A stretch of DNA of 36,770 bases from Toensbergia leucococca (GCA_022813965.1 JALDZS010000218.1:1-36770); one strand, 5' to 3'; counted from the stretch's first letter, positions 1-11,472 are shown. The notes: generated by a model not told the origin, from the sequence alone. Numbers and translations: made by a program.

Positions 1-3000
1 GATGAAGTAACTAGGATTTCCAAAAAATCACTCACGGTAATCCTTGCATACTGAATAGACTCTGGGGACAGGATGAGTCTCAGTAAACGATTCGGGACAA
101 CATCAAGGAGCGGACTTCTTATCTTACCGAGATGAAACTCAATGGAAGAAATATCACGGTAGCATAGGTAAATATACGCACGTTCTCAGCAGCGTGTGCT
201 GCAGTTCGAGTTTCCGAAAGGCTCAAATTGTCAATCAGCTACAAAGACTTTTAGCTCTAGCATGCTTTACTTCTCTTCACTTGTTGCGTACCTCTTGTCG
301 ATGACTTTGGACTTGGTCAATCAAAATCTGGATTTGCTGATACTGATCATCCAGAAATCCGATCTGCCCTTTCACTCGCCGATTTTGATGATCCACTAGG
401 TCTCGATATTTCAACTCGTCTTTCTCGGACCAGCGAGGCTTGTAATGTCGGTTCTTCTCCCGTTCCGACCATCTCTTCAAAGAGTTCATGTTTGCCTCTG
501 AAAGTCGACGGACTGTGCTAAGAGTCGATATAACTCTCAGACACAGTGTCAGCCGATTATAGAGCACGTCGAAGTCCTTGGTTCTGCCTCATTTCCATTT
601 TTCTCTGGCTTATCCTTTCTGTTCCTTGGGGAATTTTCTACGGGATCTAACCACACATTTATTACCTCGATTATTTTTTCGGTGCTTTGATAAAGTTCGG
701 CTGCCATCTTCTCCACGATAAATGGCTGGAGAATTTTTCTTTGATCATGTTTGGTACTCTCATCGAACCACTTCGCAATTTCCTTTAAAGCGATGTGAAT
801 TCCTAGCCCTGCTGCAGGTTCTATGAATATCTTGGATCCTCCGGGAAGATAGGCTAACAGATACCCCGACCAGAAATGATCGCCCATGTCGCCAACGAAG
901 CGGTAGCTTAATGATGCTTTGAAAACAACCATGTGGGAACCCTTGAAAAGATGAGGCAGTCGGCGCTGAAGTCCGTCGCAGATATTGATGTCTTCAGTAT
1001 CTTCAGGTTCATAGCCTTCACGAGCCTCGATCTTGACATTGACGAATTGGATGAAGCTAAGGTGAAGCTCGATTGTCCATACATCTGCTATCGGTTGGAC
1101 CTGTCGAAGACATCCTCGTCAGTATCAGCCCACTCAGCATGTCAGCTCGAGAGAACATACATCCTCATGCAAATGAGTTGAGAGCTTCTTGTGGCGTTCG
1201 AAGAATCTAGCAATATTGGGTCTATCACATCTAGGAGTTGCAAGATACAGTATCAATGCATGTTCAGCCTCCAAAGGACACAAGAAACTTCTCGATGATT
1301 AGCTGATACTAAAGAATCATGCCTAGAAGACAGAGAGCCTACTGGAATCTCTTCTTCGCGTTCCTAGCACTGCGAGTCATACGAAGGTCATTGTCTATGT
1401 TTAGAGCAACACGCACATGTCTCCGGGGATCATTTCGTTCATATTCAGCAATGTCAACTACTACGGATGTGCAGTTCGAGCTGTTGAATCTATTTGCCTT
1501 CTTCCAAATAGTCACGCCTGGCCATAGCACGGCTCCGAGAACACTTGTCTCCGGCCTGTCCTTTTTGAAGGTCGCGTCTAACAGTGCTATCTCTGCTGTA
1601 ATCTCGTACGCTGGGCGGGTACTGATAAAATCTGGAAAGGGGTACAGCCAATCCCGAACCCTTCTCTCTGTTGAATACGATCGTATTAGCCAATATCTAG
1701 ACAGGCGGGAGCTAATAAGAGGCAGTGACTCTTGTTTCCCGTTCAATTGCACCCTCCGTCTCTTAGAGGCATGAAATTTGATTTTGTGAAATTCACTCGA
1801 AATTAGTAACATACTATCAAAACAAGCAAAGTTGTCGCCCTAAGAGCCAAATTTAGAAAAGCAGCAAAAGAAACTCAAATACCTAAGGGATCAGTGACCT
1901 GTTTAGGGTCTACTCGGGTGTGGGAGATTGTCTTCTTTTTCTCTAGAATAACTCGTTTCCTTAAAGCAAGCTTTGCATCCTCCGAAGAAATCGATCGTAA
2001 TTGCTGTTCAACGCGTCCTTTGCCAACGGTATTCGACTCATATAGTACTCCGGATCGCTCTACGGGATCAAAGTTCGATGTCGTTTCCTTGAATCTTTTC
2101 TCAAACTTTAGCGTACCTCTAGAAGAGAGCTGGCACATACATTCCGAAGTCCACTTTTTTACATCTCTGCCTCAGTAGTACCGTTGGTATCTCCCAAGTA
2201 CCAGGATTGACAAAGGTGAGCGGCTAAAAATCTGGACGCTTGGTATTCCGGTCGACCTTTGGCGCGAAGAGCCCGCTTGGCCAGATGCCTCTTAAAATGT
2301 TCTTCCAAGAGATATCGGCTATCTCTGTTGGCGCCTTGGTTGCATCCAGAGACTGGCCCAATTCCGCCATACATAGAGCCAAAGCGTATCGTAAAGGAGT
2401 TTCCCAGATAGCTTCTTGATCGATTCCTTGAATCTGAACTGTGTTTTTCCACGAAAGTTGCACATCAGCCTCGACTTTTTTATTTTGTGCGTCAAGGGTC
2501 TCAATCTTAGGCCCCTTTTTGAAAAACCCCCATTTCAACCCATCGTAGAGCATGGTGTCCTTGGCATAGAATAATAGCCTGTCATTCATACGAGACCGGC
2601 TGACAGTAATGGCAAATGATCCATTTACTGATGCGGGGAGATTCGGTGGATTATCTTGATGGGTGGTTGTCTCGTGTAAAGAAAGATCATTCAATCTAGT
2701 GTCAGCATTCTCACACAGAAAACGCTGAAGAATCGTGGTACGCAAGAAGTCATGTTGCAGTCCTGATTCCTCAAGACGATCAAGAACAGGGTCCAGAGTG
2801 ACTTCTTCGTTCTTGACGTCCTCAATCATCTCTTCCAGCGACTTCAATGCCTTCCATAGATCGACGTGATCCCCCAATCGATATTCAGGAAGTTTCAGCT
2901 CATCTTTCAGCCATTCCAATTCTTTGTCGCGTCGACCCTCCCAAACAACGTAGGACGACGTAGTGTCTTGGTACCAAAGTTTTGATTTCTTACCTCTTGT

Positions 3001-4482
3001 CTCTATCAATGTATCAATCCACAGCTTACCACAAGATCGCAAACATCTTCCAATAAAATCCTTATCTGAGCCAACAACCCTCGAAAACTCAAATAACTTT
3101 AGTACATGCAGACTTCCATCAAAGAAGTGTGAGTCTGGCTCATTGTCCGATGTTTCATGCTTCGTAATGTTGTCAGTTTTGGGGGAGACAGGCCAACTAT
3201 GGTGCAATGGGAAAATATCTTCCTGGAAACACTACTTCAAATGACCTTTACAAGCTTTCTCGATGCGGTCCTGCAACGCTGATGTCGAACTGGACCTTGT
3301 GAATGTATCTGTCCTTAAAAGATGATACATGAGTAGAAGGTAGCGAAAGATGAAGCTTCCAACGTTAGCTTTGCGCTTGTCAGCGAGGGTCTAAAGGGGA
3401 AAATACAAATCGCTGACAGGCGTCGATAGTGAGTTGAAGGTGCTGTGGTTGACAAAGACAGTGCAGAGCTCTCTGCCTGATCTTCCGTGCACATGTATCA
3501 AGCAAATTGACAAAATATGCTCGAGGTGCCGTCGAAAGATCGAATTAAATTTATGATCTTGTGGGAAGTCCCATCTTACTGATTTTTCTCCGGTCAAGAA
3601 GGTGCCGACGTCGGAGTAGTCTAACGAATTGGGGTCTTGTTCACCGCTCAGCTGCACCTTGAACCGCCCCATTAGTTCTTGCACTCCCTTGGAAGGAACA
3701 CAGAATGAGCTTCGCTGTCCTTCATCACTCGTGACTTCGCTATTGGGTTCGGTTTGATCTTCGGCCACATACGATTCTTCCTCGGGGTCTTCTGAGCGGT
3801 TCCTGTCAAACAAAGGTCGAGGCAAAGTGTCTATCTTAATATGTCCTCCGTTATGAAAGGCTGCTATCTTGGCTCTCCCCCCTGTTACCCGAATCTAATG
3901 CTGATCCTTGACATGGAAGACGTTGACACGAGATCTTTTGATTCGCAGGTCTAGTTGTATATCTTGATCCTGCTCGGATCCGTTAACTAGAAGAAGCTGC
4001 TGTGACAGAAACTCCTTTTCTATTGTGAATTGGACTGAGACACTGACGCCGTCGACTTCATAAACAATGCGAGGCCAGCGATTATTGACCCATTCTAGTC
4101 GGGGTAGACAATATACATCCTTATTACCGAAAGGAAAGGTCAGGCAAAGACCGAGTCCGACGTTGCGTGTTCGGGAGAGTTTATAAAGGTCCCAGTGTCT
4201 AAACGGATTCTAGGAGGAAGGTGGCATGCCAGGAGCGTCGAGTATGATTAGCCGCGGCTCATCCTCAGTGCGAATGTGTGAGATGCTGAGTATTTCTCCG
4301 AATGGAGTAATAATGGCCGTAGTCCTCCCACTTCCAAATGTGATATAATGTTGAACGCCACGCTCTGAGGGTATGACAAGGCGTTCCAGACTCTCGACAT
4401 TGAAAGTGTCGAATGTAGTGTCTGCTACCAATGTCAGCCAATTCTTGTGTGGGTTTAGCGGAGTTCACTTACTAGAAGCCAT
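1..4482 (-). pseudogene. Large multi-exon fungal protein with C-terminal CorA/ZntB-like transmembrane segment; disrupted; continues past the left window edge
   Basis: ATG at 4482, then intron 4425-4472 (GTAAGT..GCTGAC..TAG). ORF pieces 4210-4431, 3391-3825, 2224-3207, 1875-2138, 1339-1812, 549-932 and 277-567 join through in-frame readthrough and GT-AG introns. Motifs: EWVNNRWPR, CKGHLK*, DWLYPFP, WTIELHLSF, YRFVGDMGDHFW, QRKIL, W..RE..R..PRW..DE.KY and the CorA-like TM RIFTYATVIFLPLSFIS|SLFSMQG (~36-183). In-frame TAG stops at 4210, 3895, 3232 and 2224, plus an apparent 1-nt frameshift near 580. Confidence 0.8.
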
Positions 4483-5138
4483 GTAGCCGCACGGCCTAAC
4501 ATCTCCTGGCTATGATAGGCCAGGAGAGTCACAGAGACCACGGTCGTTGACACAATAGCTTAGATTTTGAAGACAAGCCCCTTGGTTTAACGAGCTACTA
4601 ATGGAGACAGCAAATGCGCCGTCCAGAACTCCAATAGCCTTGTCCCAGCTCACAAAGATGGCGATGGATTCTGGCCGCCACCATCGCCTCTCTTGGATCG
4701 TTGCACAGCATGATCTTCGTGATTTTCGTCCTACTGGCTGACACGTGATTTTACAGCGATGTTCTGGATCTTTGTGGGAGTACGGAGTAGTGAAAGGATC
4801 ATAACATTGAATATCCGAGAATCGGATACAAAGACAAGAATAAAGGGGCTCAATGTCCCAGAGCAATTAGTTCCAAGTACGATGTTGGGGTTTGCAGAGA
4901 ATTGTGGAAAACTCGGAATTGGAGATTTTGGCCTCCCACCTACGCGATTTTTCTACCATAGAGCAGTACTCCGTAGCACGGTAGCAGAGCTCCAATTAAT
5001 TGATATTGAATAGGCCATCTGTAGTACGGATACTCTACTTGCTTCAGAGACCCTGCTACCGCGAGTGGGTCAGCTTTGAGCCCCACCGGCCCCGGGTTTT
5101 GCTGAGATAAAATGGAAATTGGAAACGGCTCCTTGGCG

Positions 5139-5215
5139 CGGCGGCAACGGCGGACTTGGCGTCAAGCTGAATGATCTTAGCCCACAGATCCACTCGATCA
5201 ACGGCGGCACGGCGG
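5139..5215. promoter_or_regulatory. Duplicated CGGCGG-CA(A)-CGGCGG motif, candidate Zn(II)2Cys6 transcription-factor sites upstream of the SDR gene
   Basis: cggcggcaacggcgg at 5139-5153 and cggcggcacggcgg at 5202-5215, about 260-340 bp upstream of ATG 5476. CGG triplets are the known half-sites of fungal zinc-cluster factors. Confidence 0.35.
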
Positions 5216-5475
5216 GTGCAGGCAGACAATTATTCTGATTTCAGACACGGGAAATTATGATATTTGCGCTTTCCATTTCCTTGATCAGGGTTAAGGATTG
5301 CCCTGATCAGCTGACAGCGAGCTAGCAACCGACCACTGATTGTCTGCAGGCACTCCCGATCTACTCTACTCTACTTCGATCTCTGTGAACAGACTAAACG
5401 CTGACATTGTTGTTCTTACTCAGCCTGAAAAGCTACCTTGCCTAAATACCCCCATGATCTCAAACAGTCAAAAGC

Positions 5476-6494
5476 ATGGTGAAATTCTTGACCATTACTC
5501 AGGCTAACGAGCGATTCGCCAGCGACAGCAAGGACAATGCAGGACTCGTGTGCGTCTTCGCTGGAGCCACGAGCGGTACTGGCGCTGGTGCCATCGAGGG
5601 ACTGGCAGCAATGCTGCAGGAATCAACATTCTATGTCCTGGGGAGATCAGCGGCGCGTTTTGCAAGCCAACAAGCGAAGCTAGAAAGCCTCAATCCAAGC
5701 CTCAAACTAGTGTTTCTAGAAGCTGAGGTCTCATTGATCTCAGATATCGATGCCGCATGCAAGCAGATCTCGGCCGCAGAGCAAAGGGTGGATTACTTGT
5801 ACATGAGCCAGGGCTGCATTCCTCTGAATGTCCCACAATGTATGTGTCTACCTATTGTTCTTCACCTCTACGTTTGCCTATGCTGACATCTCGCATAGAC
5901 ACGAAAGAGGGCCTCGACGTCTGCTTTGCCCTTTCGTACTATTCCAGGATGCGGCTCGTTACGAGCCTTCTGCCACTCCTTCGTCAGTCGTCGCGGCCGC
6001 GAATCCTAAGTGTGCTCAATGGCGGCAGGGAAAAGTCAATGCGTGACGACGACATTGGTCTTGAGAATGCCGATAATTTTGCTTGGCGCGCAGCCATCAA
6101 CCATACTACAACCATGACAAGCTTGGCGCTAGAATACTTGGCCGAGAATGACAAGCGTATTACATTTATGCACGCTTTTCCTGGACTTGTGGCAACTGAA
6201 AATTTTTCCCGGCTGACTGCCCCTGAGTCGTTTGGAATGTTTGGGAGGCTGCTAGTGGTATTCATCGGTCGCTTTGTTAGCATGCTGCAGTACCTTTTCG
6301 GCATTTCGGCAGCAGATTGTGGCGCGAGACAGGCTTTCCTCTTGACTAGTGACAAGTACGGTCCAGACGAGGTATGGCGCATCAATGAGAAGAGCGAACC
6401 AGTCACCGCACCCGGCGTATTAGAACGATATAGAGAAGGCGGGTGGCGAGAGAAAGTTTGGGAGTACACTACGGGCGTCTTTGAGAAAATCTAG
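5476..6494 (+). CDS. Short-chain dehydrogenase/reductase, NAD(P)-binding Rossmann fold (AndH-like oxidoreductase), ~319 aa
   Basis: Exons 5476-5839 and 5899-6494; intron 5840-5898 (GTATGT..GCTGAC..TAG). Motifs: VFAGATSGTG (GxxxGxG), YVLGRS, VDYLYMSQG, TKEGLD..LSYYSRMR, HAFPGLVAT, KVWEYT. Confidence 0.9.
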
Positions 6495-6702
6495 GCCACC
6501 GACAACCGAGTCTCGGTCTTTCTAGAGAAATGGAGTTCGGCCATCGCATTCAATCTCGATATTCAAGATCTGGAAGGGAAATGTCAGCCGTGCCGATGCC
6601 GACACACATTGGAGCTTATTTCCAGTGAAGCGTGCTGAGCGTTGAAAACATGAATCGATGTCCTAAACGCATGACACCATGAATTGCGTCATATCGTTGG
6701 CG

Positions 6703-7257
6703 CTCACTGCTGATACAAACCTCATAAAAACCACTTTAAAGCAAATCACCCCTAATCAGACTTTACAAAATTAAGACACATCACTCAAAGAGTCAGATAT
6801 TATAAGTTCACATCACTGAGCTAGCAGAGACATGATCATTTAAGACTAACTCAATAACACTTAACTTAATCTTAGAAGAATTTATTCTTGTCAACATCAC
6901 ATCAATCATCAGACACTCAACTTAAGAGTCAAACTCATTACAAAGAGAAAGTGTCACATAAAAGAGTTTAAAGCAATCTAATTCAGATAAGAAGCTTAGA
7001 TAGATAGACATTGCCCTAAATAACATACTCACAATCATCAAAACATCAAAACATCAAAACATCAAAACATCAAAACATCAAAACATCAAAACATCAAAAC
7101 TTCACTTCTCACAGCCTCATACAAATTACAACAATCAAAAAAAAAACACACAAAATCACAACTCAACTCACATCCCTAGCAATCTCATACACAAAACAAC
7201 TCAACAACTAAATCTCAAACCCCTTCTGTAGAGCTACAAAAATTCTGTCAGATTATA
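6703..7257. other. AT-rich, CpG-free, heavily mutated island (possible degenerate repeat or TE relic)
   Basis: By eye, no CG and no GG dinucleotide on the plus strand over ~550 bp. No ORF. The right half is almost pure A/C. Confidence 0.55.
7036..7099 (+). repeat. Tandem repeat (CATCAAAA)x8
   Basis: Eight perfect 8-bp copies read directly. Confidence 0.95.
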
Positions 7258-7667
7258 CGTCCCTGATTTGAAGGTGAGACATGAGGCTGAAGGAAATGGA
7301 TGGAGGAATTTAGGGATGTCAAGGGGATAGTAGGATTTATATAGAGAGTTGTGTGTGTAGTTCAATTGTTACCGGAGGTGAAAACCTTGAAGAGCAGGAG
7401 GGAGACATAAATGCTACCACTGAAATGAATCTGCTCTCTTAGCGCATCACTCGGTTCAGACTCGACTTTCCCGTTGCAAATAGAGATGACGAGTTGATAG
7501 AAAAATGCACAACATGGCTATGAATCAGGCTTGCAAGGTGAAATTTCCTTGCAATTATTTAATACAATTTTAGTATTCATAAAAGTAACCGTTATAGCCA
7601 AGTCTGCCAGTCATATACCCATATCCGCGCATCCATCAACTTGAAAACATATCAATTCCCACAAAGG

Positions 7668-9285
7668 CTATGCAGTTACGATGGGAACGGGAAAAGGATT
7701 ACTCAACGGCGCCGCCACCCTAGGGTTATTCAAGCAGTAAGGCGTGCTGTGACTATTGAACAAACCATAGGTATTGGTGTCCGGCGCACACTGATCCAAT
7801 CCATTCTGCTCGCGATTCAACGTACAAGGCGACGGTTTGGGATATCCCGGGTACGTAGGTGCGGTCGCCTCCTGAGGCGGCACTCCCGACGGTACAGGGC
7901 AGCCAAAGCTTCCGAAAGCTGCATCGACGGTACTGAGAAGCGAAGTAGCAGTGTTGAGGATAGCCGAGAACTCGCTGATGAAGCTCCCATAAGTGGCGCC
8001 TTCAATGGCACAAGCCACTCCGTTGACTGTCGTTCCGCCGTAATTCCCAGGACCGCCGAATTGAGCGAGATCGAACGATCCTGTAAAGGCACCTGCCTTA
8101 CCAGTGTTTGCCCCGAAAAGAAGAGGTTGGCCTAAGATTGCCGAAGCACCTGTGATGAGACTGATTATACCATCAACACCCTCGCTTAGGAACATAGGAT
8201 AGCCCCTCCGATACCATCCCTGAGAAGGGATCTGCTCAGGAACATATTGCACAGATCCATCGGCTGCAAAATATGCCCCGAGGAATGATGCAATCGACGC
8301 TTCATTGGCAACACCACCTGCACCAATAGTTCCATTGGTGAAGAAGCCGCTGATGAAATAGATAGCCCCAGTAGATAAGGCGGCTTGCTGAGGGAAAAAG
8401 TAGAAATATGGGTTTTTGCTTTTGGAGTTTTGGTACTGATGCGCAAAATGCTGCGTTACGGCGGGGACGTTGTACTGGCCATTCCCATACGTTTTAGCCG
8501 CGTTCTGCAAATCCAAGAAAACACTCGAGTTCAAGTTGTGGTTGTCCCCGTTGCAAAGATAGAAATCACATCTTGTGCCGGAAGCATCGCCTTCTTTGAA
8601 ACGCAAGTGACCCGACAGACCAGTTTCAGTGCCCAACGAGCCGCCGACAATCCCAAGAGAATTTGTCCTGGCATCTGCACCGCCGATGGAATATGTCATA
8701 GACGGTATATCGCCTGCAAGTAGTACGGATCCACCCGCGAGGAAAGCAGTCAGGTCGGCTCCTATAGTTTGTCAGTCGATTCTCAACTTGAAAAAGAGTC
8801 TATGTCTTCCCACCCATATTGAATAGCCTGGCACCTCCGGTAATGGTCTGAGCAAGGGTCACGATCCCGTTTCGGGGAATATAACCATGATTTGCCAGGG
8901 TGTTAAGGCCAGGACAAGGCCCTCGCTGGTCAGTCGGTTGGGGGTCTTGATAAGGATAGGCAGCTTCGGGGAATTTCATCAAGCCCGTAATGTTGGTGGG
9001 ATAAAAATCTGGCAAAGGATGAGGGAGGCAAGGTGTTGTTGACCGTTTGTTGAGAGTAGCTTGCTCATCATCACAGTTGGCCTTGTTGAAGAAGTCGGCT
9101 TTTTCTTGTTGTTGTTCTGCATAAAGATCTTGAATCAATTTCACCAACTCAGGATCTTTCTTGATGACCTCCAACCCCCTTTTGGCATTATGCTGAAAAT
9201 CTTCGAGTGGATACTCTGGATTGAGCCATGGAAAGGCAAAGGCTCTTGAGAGACAGAAAGTCAACAACAGGATTGATTGTCTCAT
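7668..9285 (-). CDS. Secreted heme-thiolate peroxidase (unspecific peroxygenase/chloroperoxidase family, long EGD type), ~521 aa
   Basis: Exons 9285-8814 and 8761-7668; intron 8762-8813 (GTGGGA..CTGAC..TAG) keeps the frame (1566 nt). Signal peptide MRQSILLLTFCLSRAFA, proximal Cys motif DQRGPCPGLNTLANHGYIPRNG, EGDASGTRCD, NPYFYF, GWYRR. Confidence 0.92.
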
Positions 9286-10746
9286 GTTGAGCTAAGTTAG
9301 TGTTGATCTTTTGCAAATTGAAGCGCTTTTGATTTCTCGGTTTTTTTCTGCGGTTCCAAAGGCTTTCATATGATGCATGAGATGGGAAACTCTGCGAGCC
9401 TTGGACATGGTCACCTCAAGGCCTAGAAGGATGACTTCATATGTTCATGATGTTAGTTAGCCTTCTCATTGACCTTGTCTTGTGGACAGTAAAACAAGGA
9501 TCTGATTTTGCTAGTGTCCCTCGATTCGTGAGTGACGGCATAGACTTTCCCGTTGTTCTGAGTTGAATGTCCATGCCTATGCCGACGTCTAGCCAGTATG
9601 GCTAAGAGGGCTTCATGTCAAGCATGGTGGCTGCAGAACTTTAAGCTCATGACGTCCGAGCCATGGCAGACTAAGCTTCAAAGTATCTTGGTGGACGGCA
9701 CACGCCCCCAAGGGCAGTGAAGCGAGATCTGAAAGGACACAAGGTAAACGCACTGAGTAGGAACCTATCAATCACTACTAGAGATTTGAAGTAATAAAAG
9801 CGAAAGACAAGGATAGGTTTTCATCTAGGTACGATTCAATTTTGCAGTTTTGATACTGCGGTAATTGCTCTTTTGCTGCGGGAAAATGTTGTCAGTGGCG
9901 GCATTATTCTGAACTTCTACATCTGGACGGTTGACGGCCTAGGTTCTTTTCAGTAAGGTAGGTGAGGTAGGTACCTTAGGTTGTGGCTCTTGCTAGCATT
10001 GATGCCGTCTCCCTCGAATAGGATCTAGCGGGGCGCTCGAGCCTCAAAATGCCACATCTGATTCCTGAATAAGTGAAAACTTGGCCATGTAACCGGAAAA
10101 GGTACCCGTTCTCGGTAGAACACCCTGCTACCGACCTAGAATTTAGAAGCCTGAGACTTTGTGGGGTAAATCTAGGGAGACTCGCTAATGAATGGGAAAT
10201 CCCAGACTAGCGGCATCAGTCATTTGATAAGGTAGCAATCGGCAAAATCTCTTGATTGCCGCTTCTGTAGAGGAGACGAGTCCATTTCCTTAAGGTAACG
10301 GACTATGCTCTTACCACGATAACACCATAAGAGATAAGTGCAGTGGTGCGCGAAGAGAGCGACAGAGTGACATTGAACCAGAAAACCCGAGACGGAGAAG
10401 GAGCTGCCAGGTAGGGAGAACATCTGTGCTGAGAGTTAGTGTGGCTCTCTTTCTGCCAGAACACTAGGATACAGACAGATAGCTAGCTTTGATAGTCGGA
10501 TGATCGACTAATGACCAGAAACCATCCTTACTGCTGTCTGTCATCTCACGGCACGACCTTCAATCTAGAGATGTCGGCATGTTGCTGCTTTGAGACGGGT
10601 GGCTTACATGGCAATTGGCCTTGGAGGTAGCATTGAACACCAAACCCCCGGCAACTAGAGTTGTGCGGTCGAGCGTTACTGACGCTTGGGATTGTAGATA
10701 CTGCTTCTGAGTGACGTAAACACGACCACTCATCTTGCAGAACTTT

Positions 10747-11472
10747 TCAAACTTTATCTTTCATCCCCATCTCTCCTTCTGCCTCCGCTGCCTCCACCCC
10801 AAGCCCACTCACGACAACTAAATCCAGCCCACCCTCCTCAAGCACCTCCTTTGTACGATCCCACTCCACACCAAATCGTCCGCTATTGATTCGTACGGCC
10901 CATACTTCCCCTACCTTTTGTTTTTCTCCTGTTCGTGACCGAAGTCCTGCAATCTGTGTCTCCAGATCTGCCATCGCAGCTTGCGTGTTTTGAAGTATGG
11001 TTTCCGGTGGAGAGCGAGAGCGACCATACGAGAGCGAGGTGTAGAGACAGGCGATGTGGTGTGTACTGGACGTCGGGATCGCACTCTTGCTGTCGCTTTC
11101 AGTGAGGTTGTTGGTATTGGTGGGAAAGGGAAGAGGAGCAATTAGTAAGGCAGTGCCGACAAGCGAAGCCTGGTGTTTTGCGAGCGAAATACCAGGCGGG
11201 GGATTGAGGCAGTGGGTACGGTAAGATGCGTAGGCGGCCGGGTACTATTGTAGGTGGTTTTAGCTGAAGTGTAGGGAAAGGGTAAACTTGTAGGTACGCG
11301 GTTCTTAAATTCGAGGGCTACGCCGCTACCCCAGACGCCTTTGGTGTTACATGCGTCTATTTGAGGAAATAAGCAGTTTGAAGACCCAGATGAACGGAAT
11401 TCACATACGTATGAGAATGCTATGGGATGGGGCGGAGAAGATGGAAGCTTCGGAGGAGGTTATACGCGACAT
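10747..11472 (-). CDS. POA1: ADP-ribose 1''-phosphate phosphatase (Poa1-type macro domain), 206 aa
   Basis: Exons 11472-11409, 11356-11298, 11244-10747; introns of 52 and 53 nt. Spliced protein: SIFSAPSHSILIHACNTKGVWGSGVALEFKNRYPAAY..GTALLI..HIACLYTSLSYG..RINSGRFGVEWDRT. Mostly missed by the ORF track. Confidence 0.88.

Noticed and set aside
4781..4975. Inverted TACGGAGTA/TACTCCGTA pair (also at 27861)
   Set aside because: Short motif common in intergenic DNA of filamentous fungi; no target-site duplication or evidence of an element.
7036..7099. CRISPR-like or telomeric array
   Set aside because: No spacers; the unit is not TTAGGG-like; simple tandem repeat in a eukaryote.
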